A stretch of 43,791 nucleotides of DNA from the NCBI GenBank assembly GCA_019058275.1, contig JAHLVW010000072.1, forward strand, positions 1 to 43,791, in the 5' to 3' direction. The notes beneath the pieces were generated by a model, which saw only the letters and a list, made by a program, of their open reading frames with translations, ran no database searches and had not been told where the DNA came from. Position 1 is the stretch's first letter. Every line of letters begins with the position of its first letter. Positions 1 to 10,400 of this stretch are shown piece by piece. Position numbers and translations under genes: made by a program. This stretch comes from Candidatus Heimdallarchaeota archaeon. GTDB lineage: Archaea > Asgardarchaeota > Heimdallarchaeia > JABLTI01.

Positions 1-1056
1 GTAAGGTTTCTAGACAGAAATGGTTTCCAAGCTTCCGAAAAAATTTGGGAGGAAAACTACCATTTCCAAAGGAAATATTTAGAAGCTGGAAAAAATGAAC
101 TTTCAAAATTTAGAGCTAAAAAGGGTACTGCAATTAATTGTGGACCTGGTGTTGATGCTTTAGGCAAACTCGAGACTTTAGAAGGTGAGGGATTAACTTT
201 ATCTGAGATTGTAGGCAGATTGATGAAAGATTATGAATCCTTCAGGAACAAAAGTGGTGAAGCTGTAGTTATTAATGCTGCTTCTACAGAGCCTCATATA
301 ACTCTCACTGAAGAGCATAATACGCTTGATGGATTTGAAGGATTAATAGATGAGAATAAAGTAGAGAAAGTAACTGCAAGTATGCTTTACGCCTATGCAG
401 CGATAAAACAAAAAATCCCTTATGGTAATTTCACACCATCACATGGAGCAACTGTTCCAGCAATAAGAGAATTAGCTGTCAGAGAACAAGTCCCTTACAT
501 GGGTGATGATGGAAAAACTGGTGAGACACTAATGAAAACTACTCTTGCACCTATGTTCAAGATGAGGAATCTTAAGATCTTAGGGTGGGCAGGATTCAAT
601 ATCCTTGGAGATGACGATGGTTTAACTTTGAGCAAGGATGAGAATAAAGAAAGCAAAATTGAAAGCAAAGACAAAGCAATAAGCAGCAGTATTGGTTATT
701 CACCATTCTCAATTACAGAAATAAAGTACTTCCCTCCATTGGTAGATCATAAGGTAGCTTGGGATTATATTTCATATAGAGGATTTTTAGGAACAAAAAT
801 GGCACTACAATTTACATGGCATGGAATTGATTCTATTCTAGCTGCTCCTATAGCAATTGATATTGCAAGAAGCTTATTGTTTGCTAAGTCTAGAGGTGAA
901 TTTGGTGCTGTCCATGAGCTTGCATTCTTCTTTAAACATCCAATCGATGATATTATTGGAAATACTTTCATCCAATACGAAATCTTCATGGATTGGGTTA
1001 ATGAAGGGAAGAAAGTTGAACTAGAAAAGATGCAAGCTAAGATTGTATCCAAATAA
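1..1056 (+). CDS. ino1: myo-inositol-1-phosphate synthase (5'-truncated by window edge)
   Basis: Frame is open from position 1 (VRFLDRNGFQASEKIWEEN...), so the 220 start is internal. MIPS motifs: INAASTE, ASMLYAYAA, NFTPS, GDDGKTGETLMKT, NILGDDDG, SKIESK, DHKVAWD, DSILAAP, FFFKHP. Confidence 0.92.
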   Translation, partial: VRFLDRNGFQASEKIWEENYHFQRKYLEAGKNELSKFRAKKGTAINCGPGVDALGKLETLEGEGLTLSEIVGRLMKDYESFRNKSGEAVVINAASTEPHITLTEEHNTLDGFEGLIDENKVEKVTASMLYAYAAIKQKIPYGNFTPSHGATVPAIRELAVREQVPYMGDDGKTGETLMKTTLAPMFKMRNLKILGWAGFNILGDDDGLTLSKDENKESKIESKDKAISSSIGYSPFSITEIKYFPPLVDHKVAWDYISYRGFLGTKMALQFTWHGIDSILAAPIAIDIARSLLFAKSRGEFGAVHELAFFFKHPIDDIIGNTFIQYEIFMDWVNEGKKVELEKMQAKIVSK

Positions 1057-1073
1057 TGAAATAATACAACACT

Positions 1074-1106
1074 AATGGGGATTCTTTCCCCGTTCATTTA
1101 TTTTTC
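1074..1106 (+). terminator. hairpin + T-rich tract after ino1
   Basis: AATGGGGA-ttctt-TCCCCGTT stem (one G-U pair) followed by CATTTATTTTTC, 17 nt after the ino1 stop. Confidence 0.5.
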
Positions 1107-1161
1107 ATCACAACTCATAGAATCGGGAATCGTTAATATTGGAAAGTGTGGGTGTAATCAA

Positions 1162-2211
1162 TTGGTTATCAACAAGAATAACAAACTAACGGATCTACAA
1201 ACACTACTAGAGAGATTAAAATCCAATTCTAGTAATAATCGATTTGATGCAGTAATACAACTTGGGAAGTCAAGCTTTCAAGAAACTAACGATATTCTGA
1301 AGCAATTGATTATATCTGATCCTGAAACGATTATTCGTGAACTAGCATTAATTACTCTAACTGAAAAGATAAAACCAGAAGTTTTAGATATTGCTAAGAA
1401 AATTTTCTATAATCCATCTGAACAACCAATTATGAGGGCAAGAGCTACATGGGTTTTTAGTCAAATACAATCAAAACAAGCATTCGACTTAGCTAAAGAA
1501 GCGTTAAATGATAGAAACGAAGAAGTGGTTTATTGGGCACTAATTGGAATTATGACATTTGAAAATGCTTCAGATGCAATACCTGAAATTAGAAAACTCG
1601 CAGTTAAAAGTCGTCATTCAATTATTCGGCAAACTGCCGTTTGGACAATAGGAATGTTAGGTGATATTGAGTCCAGAGAATTATTAGAAGATAGGATGCT
1701 TATAGATACCGTTCCAATAGTTAGATTGTTATCAACTTGGGCTTTAAGAAAGATTGACTGCTTGGAATCAATTCCTAATCTTAGTAATGCTTTATCCAAG
1801 GATACTAATAAATTAACTCGAAGAGAAATTGCCTCTACAATAGGTAAAATACTGGATTTTGAAAAGCAATATGAAAGTAGTCAAGAACAGCAATCACTTT
1901 TCAGAGAAATGCAAGATATTGCTGCAAGAGTACTCATAAGAGCATTATTAGGAGATACTTCTTACGTAGTGAGAAGAACATGTGCAGAATCTTTAGGGAA
2001 AATAAGGTACAAAGGAATTCTGGAAAAACTGATAGAAGCTCTAACAACTGAAACAAATCTGTTTGTAAGAAAGGAAATAGTAAATACTCTTGGAACTATT
2101 AGTGATCCTAAAGCATTAGATATTTTGAAGAAAGCTATTAGAAGTCATTACAAAACAATTGTAGAAGCAGCAAAAGAAGCTATTAAAAAAATAAAGAAAA
2201 GTAATGAATGA
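1162..2211 (+). CDS. HEAT/PBS-lyase repeat protein
   Basis: Repeated ~31-aa units (D..VR..A...LG): NRFDAVIQLG, IIRQTAVWTIG, VVRRTCAESLG, VRKEIVNTLG. In-frame TTG at 1162 follows GGTG. The ORF-track ATG at 1075 lies inside the upstream terminator hairpin. Confidence 0.85.
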   Translation: MVINKNNKLTDLQTLLERLKSNSSNNRFDAVIQLGKSSFQETNDILKQLIISDPETIIRELALITLTEKIKPEVLDIAKKIFYNPSEQPIMRARATWVFSQIQSKQAFDLAKEALNDRNEEVVYWALIGIMTFENASDAIPEIRKLAVKSRHSIIRQTAVWTIGMLGDIESRELLEDRMLIDTVPIVRLLSTWALRKIDCLESIPNLSNALSKDTNKLTRREIASTIGKILDFEKQYESSQEQQSLFREMQDIAARVLIRALLGDTSYVVRRTCAESLGKIRYKGILEKLIEALTTETNLFVRKEIVNTLGTISDPKALDILKKAIRSHYKTIVEAAKEAIKKIKKSNE

Positions 2212-2315
2212 AATTGAAACGTTCATTTTACTTTGAATTCTTAACTAAATCAAAACAGTTTTATTACCAGAGGAGTTTAGTTGCTAGAATTAAATAAGTT
2301 AAGAGAAGATTCAAT

Positions 2316-4130
2316 ATGCATCCAATTCTGAGAGTTTTTGGCTTCATGAAAAGAAAAACATGGTTTGCATTTTCTGTTGTAATTTTCTCAGCTATTCTGG
2401 ATTCGTGTTTCACCTTATTTACTCCTTGGATTGCCCGTGAGTTAATCAATAGAGTATTTTATGATTTGGATGCAACTGCCTTGAAATTATGGTTACCAAT
2501 CTATGTTGCTACTGGATTTTTCGCAGCTATTTTTAGATTCCTTCAAAGATACATTAATGAGTATGTTTCTCAATCTTTGATTTTTGATTTAAGAAATACA
2601 CTTTATTCAAGAATTCAGAAACAATCAATTGATTTCTTTGATAGAATGGAAACAGGACAATTAATATCTCGAGGAACAAGTGATATCGAAGCGATAAGAC
2701 GATTACTTAGTATTGGTATAAGAATTTTCTTGAGAGCAATCTGGTTATATTCAGGTATCTTTATTCTTATTGGAATCATGGATTGGCAATTGATGCTGGT
2801 AGTTCTTGCATTAGCTCCTGTCATGTTTGTAATAATGTTCTCCTATGCTAAAAGAGCTAGACCACTTATGCGAGATATTCAAAATAAATTTGGAGATATG
2901 AATTCAGTTCTTGCTGAAAATGTCTATGGTTCCAGAGTTGTAAGAGCATTTGCTGCTGAAGGGTTTGAAACTGAAAAATTTGAGCAAGAAAATAAGTTAT
3001 ATTTAGATCTAAACATGAGAATGGCAAAGTTGAGAGCTTACTTAACAACTCTTTTTCCATTAATTCTTAGTATAGGATCATTCCTGTTAATTTATTTTGG
3101 CGGTAGAGGAGTAGTTACCGGTACTCTTGGAGTGGGAGACCTTATCGCAATTAATGGTTATCTTATTTTGTTACAAATGCCTACAAGGTTTTTGTCTTTT
3201 GCAATATTACATTATCAAGAAGGAACTGCTTCTCTTAATAGAATATTTGAAGTTGTAGACATGAAGAAGAAAATTAAGGAAAAAGAAAATGCAATTGAAA
3301 TGCCAAAAATCAATGGAAATATTTCCTTTGAGAATGTTACTTTTGCTTATTCAGCTGATGCTCCACCGGTTTTGAAAAATATTAATCTCGATATTCCGTC
3401 TGGTGAAACAGTAGCATTTCTTGGAACAACAGGTTCAGGGAAAAGTACAATTGTTAGTTTGGTACCGAGATTTTACGATCCAAATGAGGGTACTGTAAAA
3501 ATAGATGGGATAGATATAAGGGATGTTCAAGTAGATTCATTACGTAAACAAATTGCTATTGTTCAACAAGAAGCATTCCTATTTGCTAAAACCATTAAGG
3601 AAAACATTGCATTTGGGAAACCAGATGCTACAGAAGATGAGATCAGAAGAGTTTCAGAAATCGCTCAAGCTCATGAGTTTATTACTGAATTTCCTAATGG
3701 TTATGATACAATTGTTGGTGAACGTGGTGTGACACTATCTGGAGGTCAAAAACAAAGATTGACCATTGCTCGAGCACTATTATTGAATAATCCACTACTT
3801 ATTATGGATGATTCTTCGAGCGCTTTAGATTTTGAAACAGAGCACCAATTCCAAAATGCTATTGACGAATTGATAAAGAATCGCACAACACTAATCATTA
3901 CACAAAGACTTTCCACAATAAAATTTGCTACACGAATTGTTGTTATGGATAAAGGACAAATCGTTGAATCTGGAATGCATGAAGATTTAATGGAGCAAGG
4001 TGGTTTATACAAACACCTTTATGAAACTCAACTTTTAGAGCAAGAATTTCTACCAATTGAGAATCAAACTGAAATCGAACGCAACCTAGCAAATTCATAT
4101 ATGAAACAAACAGAAGGAGGAACTAAATAG
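2316..4130 (+). CDS. ABC exporter half-transporter (TMD+NBD), subunit with degenerate Walker B and H-switch
   Basis: 6-TM N-terminal domain; Walker A GTTGSGKS; signature LSGGQ; Walker B LLIMDD (D replaces catalytic E); switch ITQR (Q replaces H). Confidence 0.93.
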   Translation: MHPILRVFGFMKRKTWFAFSVVIFSAILDSCFTLFTPWIARELINRVFYDLDATALKLWLPIYVATGFFAAIFRFLQRYINEYVSQSLIFDLRNTLYSRIQKQSIDFFDRMETGQLISRGTSDIEAIRRLLSIGIRIFLRAIWLYSGIFILIGIMDWQLMLVVLALAPVMFVIMFSYAKRARPLMRDIQNKFGDMNSVLAENVYGSRVVRAFAAEGFETEKFEQENKLYLDLNMRMAKLRAYLTTLFPLILSIGSFLLIYFGGRGVVTGTLGVGDLIAINGYLILLQMPTRFLSFAILHYQEGTASLNRIFEVVDMKKKIKEKENAIEMPKINGNISFENVTFAYSADAPPVLKNINLDIPSGETVAFLGTTGSGKSTIVSLVPRFYDPNEGTVKIDGIDIRDVQVDSLRKQIAIVQQEAFLFAKTIKENIAFGKPDATEDEIRRVSEIAQAHEFITEFPNGYDTIVGERGVTLSGGQKQRLTIARALLLNNPLLIMDDSSSALDFETEHQFQNAIDELIKNRTTLIITQRLSTIKFATRIVVMDKGQIVESGMHEDLMEQGGLYKHLYETQLLEQEFLPIENQTEIERNLANSYMKQTEGGTK

Positions 4131-4132
4131 AG

Positions 4133-6004
4133 ATGGGCTGGAGACGAAGTGGGCATTTTGCCTCTTTAACTGAAGACGAAGAGAAGAAGGAAAGACCAAA
4201 AGTTGCTTCTGATTGGACACTAGCAAAATGGATAATGAAATATTTGTTTAAAGATTTCAGATCACTAGCCATAATTACTTTAGTCTTGGTAGGTCTAGGT
4301 TCAGTTCTAGCTTTAGCATCTCCAAAAATAATGCAAGTTATCATTGATGATGTTTTTAACACTGAATTTATTAAATCCATAGATGAGAGATTTAACCTCC
4401 TGCTAATTATGACATTAATCTTATTATCTGTTGCAATTATTACTGCAGTTATTAGTATTTTCAGAACGGTTTTATTATACAAAATTGGATATAATACAGT
4501 TAAGAAAATCAGAACAGACACATTTACTCATTTACAAAAATTATCACTCAAATTTTTTGATACCCAAGAGTCAGGCAGATTAATATCAAAAGTCACAAAT
4601 GATTGTGACAAAATTAATGAATTAATGAGTGGAGGAATAATAACTTCGTTAATTGATTTCCTAACGTTAATTGGAATTTCAATAATGCTTCTAGTTATGA
4701 ATTGGCAGTTAGCATTATGGTGCTTCTTATTTTCAATACCACCCACATTACTTATCAGTTATTTCTTCAAAAGAAGAGCTCGTAAAGCTTATCGCAAAAC
4801 GCGAAAAACTATTGCCAATGTTACTGCTAATTTGTCTGAAAGCATTTCTGGTGTAAAAGTCTCAAAATCATTTACTAGAGAAAAAAGAAACATCCAAGAG
4901 TTTCGTACTGTTAATCAAGAAAATAGAGAAGCGAATATGAAGGCAGTTGCTGTTTTTGCAACAACATTTCCCTTATTCAATTTCATAGCATCTGCTGTTG
5001 TAGGTTTCGTATACTTTTATGGTGGATGGACTCTGATTTTTGGTTCTACAGCGATTTTAAAAGCTGTAACAATAGGTGAGGCAATTGCATTCACTCAATA
5101 TGTTAGTAACTTCTTTAGACCTATTCTGAATTTAACAATGTTCTATAATACATTCCAATCTACAATGGCAGCTACAGAAAGAGTGTATGACTTAAATCAT
5201 TCTACATCAGATGTAGTTGAGAAAACAGATGCTTATATTTTACCTGAAATAAAGGGTCATGTTAAATTTGAGGATATTGTTTTTGGGTATAAGGAAAACG
5301 AATTAGTTCTAAGCAAATTCAATCTAGAAGTCTCACCAGGAGAAGCAATAGCCATAGTTGGGCCAACTGGTTCAGGGAAAACTACGATAGTAAATCTTCT
5401 GGGCAGATTTTACGAAATACTTGAAGGCAATATACTAATTGATGACCACAATATCCAAGATGTTACTTTGAATTCATTGCATAGCCAAATGGGAATAGTA
5501 CTTCAAGATCCATACTTGTTTAGTGGAACAATTGCTGAGAATATTGTTTACAATCAAAAAGATGTGCCATTTGATGATATACAAGTAGCAGCTGATTCAG
5601 TAAATGCACATGAATTTATTGAGCGAATGTCTAAAGGTTATGACACAGAGGTAGGTGAACGAGGGAGTAAACTGTCTCTAGGTCAAAGACAACTTATCTC
5701 ATTTGCTAGAGCGTTGTTACCTAATCCAAAAATACTAATCTTAGATGAAGCTACTTCTTCTGTGGATCCATACACTGAGTTATTAATCAAGAAGGCTCTT
5801 GACAAGCTTCTTTCAGGTAGAACTTCATTTATTATCGCTCACAGGTTATCAACAGTTAGAAATGCTGACAGAATTATTGTAATAAAAGATGGAGCTATTA
5901 TCGAGGAAGGAACCAATGAAGATTTACTAGCAAAGAAGGGCGAATACTATAGATTATACCAATTACAATTTAAGGATCAAGAAAATGGATCTAACGGTCA
6001 TTGA
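4133..6004 (+). CDS. ABC exporter half-transporter (TMD+NBD), partner subunit of heterodimer
   Basis: TMD; Walker A GPTGSGKT; non-canonical signature LSLGQ; canonical ILILDEATS and IAHRLST. Starts 2 nt after the partner stop, with GGAGG upstream. Confidence 0.93.
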   Translation: MGWRRSGHFASLTEDEEKKERPKVASDWTLAKWIMKYLFKDFRSLAIITLVLVGLGSVLALASPKIMQVIIDDVFNTEFIKSIDERFNLLLIMTLILLSVAIITAVISIFRTVLLYKIGYNTVKKIRTDTFTHLQKLSLKFFDTQESGRLISKVTNDCDKINELMSGGIITSLIDFLTLIGISIMLLVMNWQLALWCFLFSIPPTLLISYFFKRRARKAYRKTRKTIANVTANLSESISGVKVSKSFTREKRNIQEFRTVNQENREANMKAVAVFATTFPLFNFIASAVVGFVYFYGGWTLIFGSTAILKAVTIGEAIAFTQYVSNFFRPILNLTMFYNTFQSTMAATERVYDLNHSTSDVVEKTDAYILPEIKGHVKFEDIVFGYKENELVLSKFNLEVSPGEAIAIVGPTGSGKTTIVNLLGRFYEILEGNILIDDHNIQDVTLNSLHSQMGIVLQDPYLFSGTIAENIVYNQKDVPFDDIQVAADSVNAHEFIERMSKGYDTEVGERGSKLSLGQRQLISFARALLPNPKILILDEATSSVDPYTELLIKKALDKLLSGRTSFIIAHRLSTVRNADRIIVIKDGAIIEEGTNEDLLAKKGEYYRLYQLQFKDQENGSNGH

Positions 6005-6059
6005 AGAATTCTGATAAAATCTAACCATAAACACAATTGAGATTAGTAATAAAACAAAG

Positions 6060-7463
6060 GTGAAAAAAATGGAAGATGAAAGTAATAGAACATTTCGAGA
6101 ATTACTGCCACCTTTGAATTTATTACCTTTGCTAACATCTTATACCATGGATCATGTTGCTGTTTCAACTTATTGGATATTCTTTGGCATATTCCTAAGC
6201 GAAGAAGTTACTGATTCATATCTAGATATAGCGGTTGTTTTAGCAGTGCCTGCAATTATTTCAATTATTGGTACAACAATACTTAGCTCCTTTTCTGATA
6301 AAACAGGTCGTCGTAAAGAGCTTATTTTATTCGCAAAAATTGCTTTAATGACTCAATACATCCTATTGCTATTCTTTCGTGGATCCATTTGGAGTATCCT
6401 AGCAATTTTAGGAATCTTTGGGATTTTCACTCAGATCTATTATAGTCAACACAGTGCATTGATTACTACTATTTGTCCACCAGATAGAAAAGGACAAGTT
6501 TCTAGCTATCAAGTTTTTTTTGCAAGTGCTGGTTGGATGATAGGAAGTGCTTTATCAGATATTATTTATGATTGGCAAGGCATTACAGGCAGTTTAGGAT
6601 TTGCTGCTGGATTTGCTTTGTTAGCTGGTATTGTTGCTATGGTTTCAACTTCAAAACCTTATAGTCAAAGAGAAGAATTAATTGATGATTCCATACTTAA
6701 TGAAAGCAAAATTAGTGATGTAGTAATTAAGAACCAGACGATGCGTACTGCTGAGTCAATAAAATCAACTGAAAGTACTGCTTCCTATTTTGAGATATTT
6801 AAAAGAAAAAAAGTTATTTCATTGTTAATCGCATTAGCAATTTTAGATTTCGGATTTGGACCGTTTAATGTGATTACATCAGTATATTTCAAAAGAGTCT
6901 ATATGTTAAATTTCAATGATTCAGAACTAGCAAATACTTTGATTGCTAAATCAAATACTATTGCTACAGCAATTGGAATGGTAATTCTTCTAGTTAGTGG
7001 TTCAATTCTTGATAGAACAGGTCGTAAACCAATTTTCATATTATCAATTGTTGCTTATCCTATTTTATATACCTTGATGTTTACATTATCTGAACATCCT
7101 TGGGCGTTGTTTTGCATTTATTTGTATCCATTATATGCGGTGAAAGTACCTACAGCAAATACAGTAATGGCAGATTTAACAGCTGAGAATGAACGTGGAA
7201 GGGGTATGAGTTTAATAAATATTGAGCAAATTGTATTCGGTAATCTTGGAGCGATTTTTGGATGTTATATTGCTGATGTTTTTCCAGGAGATATTATACC
7301 AAGATTCGTTCCTGAGGGGATATATATTATACCCATCTTTCCAATGATATTTGGAATAATTGCATTAATATTGGGAATATTGTTAGTAAAAGAAACCAAT
7401 CCAAGGGTTCTAGCGAAGTTGGATGCTAAAGAAAAAATGGCAAGTGGTTTAAAGAACCTATAA
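6060..7463 (+). CDS. MFS transporter
   Basis: About 12 hydrophobic segments in two halves; motif A in both halves (SDKTGRRK, GSILDRTGRK); ERGRGMS. True start may be ATG 6069. Confidence 0.88.
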   Translation: MKKMEDESNRTFRELLPPLNLLPLLTSYTMDHVAVSTYWIFFGIFLSEEVTDSYLDIAVVLAVPAIISIIGTTILSSFSDKTGRRKELILFAKIALMTQYILLLFFRGSIWSILAILGIFGIFTQIYYSQHSALITTICPPDRKGQVSSYQVFFASAGWMIGSALSDIIYDWQGITGSLGFAAGFALLAGIVAMVSTSKPYSQREELIDDSILNESKISDVVIKNQTMRTAESIKSTESTASYFEIFKRKKVISLLIALAILDFGFGPFNVITSVYFKRVYMLNFNDSELANTLIAKSNTIATAIGMVILLVSGSILDRTGRKPIFILSIVAYPILYTLMFTLSEHPWALFCIYLYPLYAVKVPTANTVMADLTAENERGRGMSLINIEQIVFGNLGAIFGCYIADVFPGDIIPRFVPEGIYIIPIFPMIFGIIALILGILLVKETNPRVLAKLDAKEKMASGLKNL

Positions 7464-10400
7464 AGTGACAGCATTCTCGACTACTTCTTCGCAAGAAATC
7501 TCTCGAAGTACTTCCTTGATGATATCAGGAGGGATACGCATTTCATTTGCAACTTGCATTGGATCGAATATTGAAGCCTTCTTTCTTTCACGATTTAGTA
7601 TCAAAGAAATTTCTGCTTTCAGTCTATCAAATGAATAGAATATTTTTTGTTCATTATCTAGTATTGCCATATAGAGAACTGAAAGGAATTCTCGACGAAC
7701 TATTGAAACTGTATCGTTGTGCTGTATTCCAAACTCATTTGCAACAGTTTCCAATTCGATTCTACCCCAAAGATCATATTCTGAATAAAGATAAGAACGT
7801 ATAGCTTGGATTTTATGTAACGAGATAAAAACATCCTTGTTGATTGGTTGTCCTTCTATTCTTCTAGCAATTTGCAAACTTTCTAAAAGGAAATCAGATA
7901 ATGGTAAAGATCTGTCTGTAGTAGAGAAGATTGTTCTATCGAAAGTGCCTTTATTGGTTAATTCATAGACAATTCTATACTTTGTATGTTCGATGATTTT
8001 TCGGATTCTTCCATGTGAAATGTATGGTAATGATGCTAGCACATCCCAAGCAGCTCCCACTTTTGTTGAGTTTATTAATTTCAAAACTCTAGCAAATGTT
8101 TTCGTGGGTTTTGATTTCTTCATTTCAGCAAGTTCCATAACTCGCAGATAAATTGTCTCGAGTGAATCCATATCACAACTTGCCATTCTATTTACAGCTG
8201 CTTTTGTTAGAAGTTCAATTATGACAGATTCTATATTCTTTCTTGTTTTCATTATTCGAATATATTTCAAAATTGCATTGTCATAAGCATTTGCTGCATC
8301 CTTTGTGGTACCAATATCTTCCAGTATCTTTCCAGCCAATGTAATGAATTTATTGGTCAAATTTATTGGAATTCTTGGTTGATCTATAAAAGCAATTCCG
8401 CGGTTAAAGCACTTTCTTGCAATTTCGTTTGCTTTTTGATAATTCTTAATTCTTATTGCTGAATCAGAGGCTATTTTATAACATTGATAGGCAATTGTTA
8501 CATCTGCATCCCATTCTCGTGTTTGGAAGATTCTATTTACCAAACGATTAGAACTTTCATCATCATTTGCTAGGTCAAATGCTTCAACAGCAATATCATA
8601 GAATATCATTGATTCAAGGATTTTTCCTTCATTAACTAATCTATCACCAGCACTTAGAGCAAACAATCCAATATTCTTCAATTCAGTTTGCATTGATAGT
8701 TTTGTGTTCAATTTAAGTGATGTATCAAGAAAACTTATTGAATCATTGTATTTCTTTTTCTCAAGTAATTCTTGAGCAGTATGGAATGAGCTTTCAGCAA
8801 TTTCATTTGCTATGTTGGAGTTTCGTAAATCGATCATAAGAGTTGCTGTATGTCTTAAGCGGAAAGCTGATTCTCTGTTTCCACGTTTTATTAATTTCTG
8901 TAAGTTTTTCTGAGCTTCTGTAATATCTTTTTCAATTTCAACTTGATTCTTAGATAAGGCTAAAATCCTCATACAAGCTTCAACAATCTTTTGGCCTAAA
9001 CTATAATTTTGATCAGATTTACTTACTTTCTCACCAAATGCTGTTAATGCTTTAATATAATCTTTGATTAGTTCATACTCGATTGTTGCTCTATTAGAAT
9101 TAGGGACTTCATATGCTTCCAAACCACTAGTTATATCATCTAATGTTGAAATAGTTGTTCTAGCATTATTAATAGATGATTGCTTGGCGAAATCAAGCAT
9201 AGCTAAAACAACTGTTGAGATTAAATTATCGCTTTGTGTTTGTATTGCAATATCTCTTGCTGTTAATAGTGCTTCATACCCTCTTAGTGATTGCATGTTA
9301 TTAACCAAATCTTTAGAACCGAGCTTTATGAATTCCTTTCCTATTTTCTCGATATAATCCATGTTTTGGATTTCTTGAAACATCTGATAGCAATAACCTA
9401 GAAGTCTATAGTTTATCTCTAAATCCGCTTCAAGGTCTAATATTTGTAGTTGTTCAAATGTTTCTTTTCCAATTAATGTCAACAAGTCGATATTCTCAGC
9501 TTCTTTAGCCAATCTGATAGCGTAATCTAAAAAGAAGAATCCCAACTGTGGCTTATTTAGCATAATATCAGCATTAGCCCTTCTTGTTAACACTAGTATC
9601 ATTTGTGAAATGTTTTCATCTTGGTTTGTTGCTTTGTAGAATCTTAATGCATCTCTACTAATTTTGCCTATCATGTTCCATTCAACATCTAGGGTTATTT
9701 TCAGAGCCTCAATGAGTGTTTCACTAACTAAAGGTAATAAAGCTTGTTTTGAAATTTCTTGATTTGTGACAATCTCAAGAACTTTAGCACCTGCAATAGA
9801 ATTCTTCTTCCGAATAATATCTAAAGCTAACTTCAAGACTAAATCAATAATTTGTTTAATTTCTTCAGGATCTGGACTGCTTTTCGCCAATTCAAATGAT
9901 CTATTTAAGAAGAAGATTCCAATTGCTGATTTTCGATTTGGTAAATTCTGACTGGCTGCGGAAAGATAAATGTTTATTATCAAAGATAGCAAATCAAATC
10001 TAGAAATTTTTTCTACTAACAATCTTGCTTTCTCGAGAATATGAACTGCTTTTGTTAATTCATTTTCTTCCATAAATCTTCTCGCTGAATCGATAGTTTG
10101 TTTGGTGATTGTTACTGCAAGATCGATATTTTTATCTTTTAAGTAGTAATCTACAGCTTTAATTGCAAAGATTATTGATTCATCAGCTTTTCCAACATTT
10201 AAGTGGTTTGCAGAAATTACTGAACAAGTTTTCCCAGCTTTAGTATAAGATTCAGCACACTCGAAGATCTTTATTGCTAAAGTATATATTTCATTAGATT
10301 TTTCTAAATCACTCTGAGCTAATTCCTGAGCTTTTTGGATTGTTATTTCTCCAAGTTCTATACAACCAGAGATGTTTTTTGTTTGCATTTCAATATCAAT

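Noticed and set aside
1075-1161. N-terminal extension of the HEAT protein from ATG 1075
   Set aside because: The ATG lies within the ino1 terminator-like hairpin; TTG 1162 has a GGTG site and precedes the first repeat.
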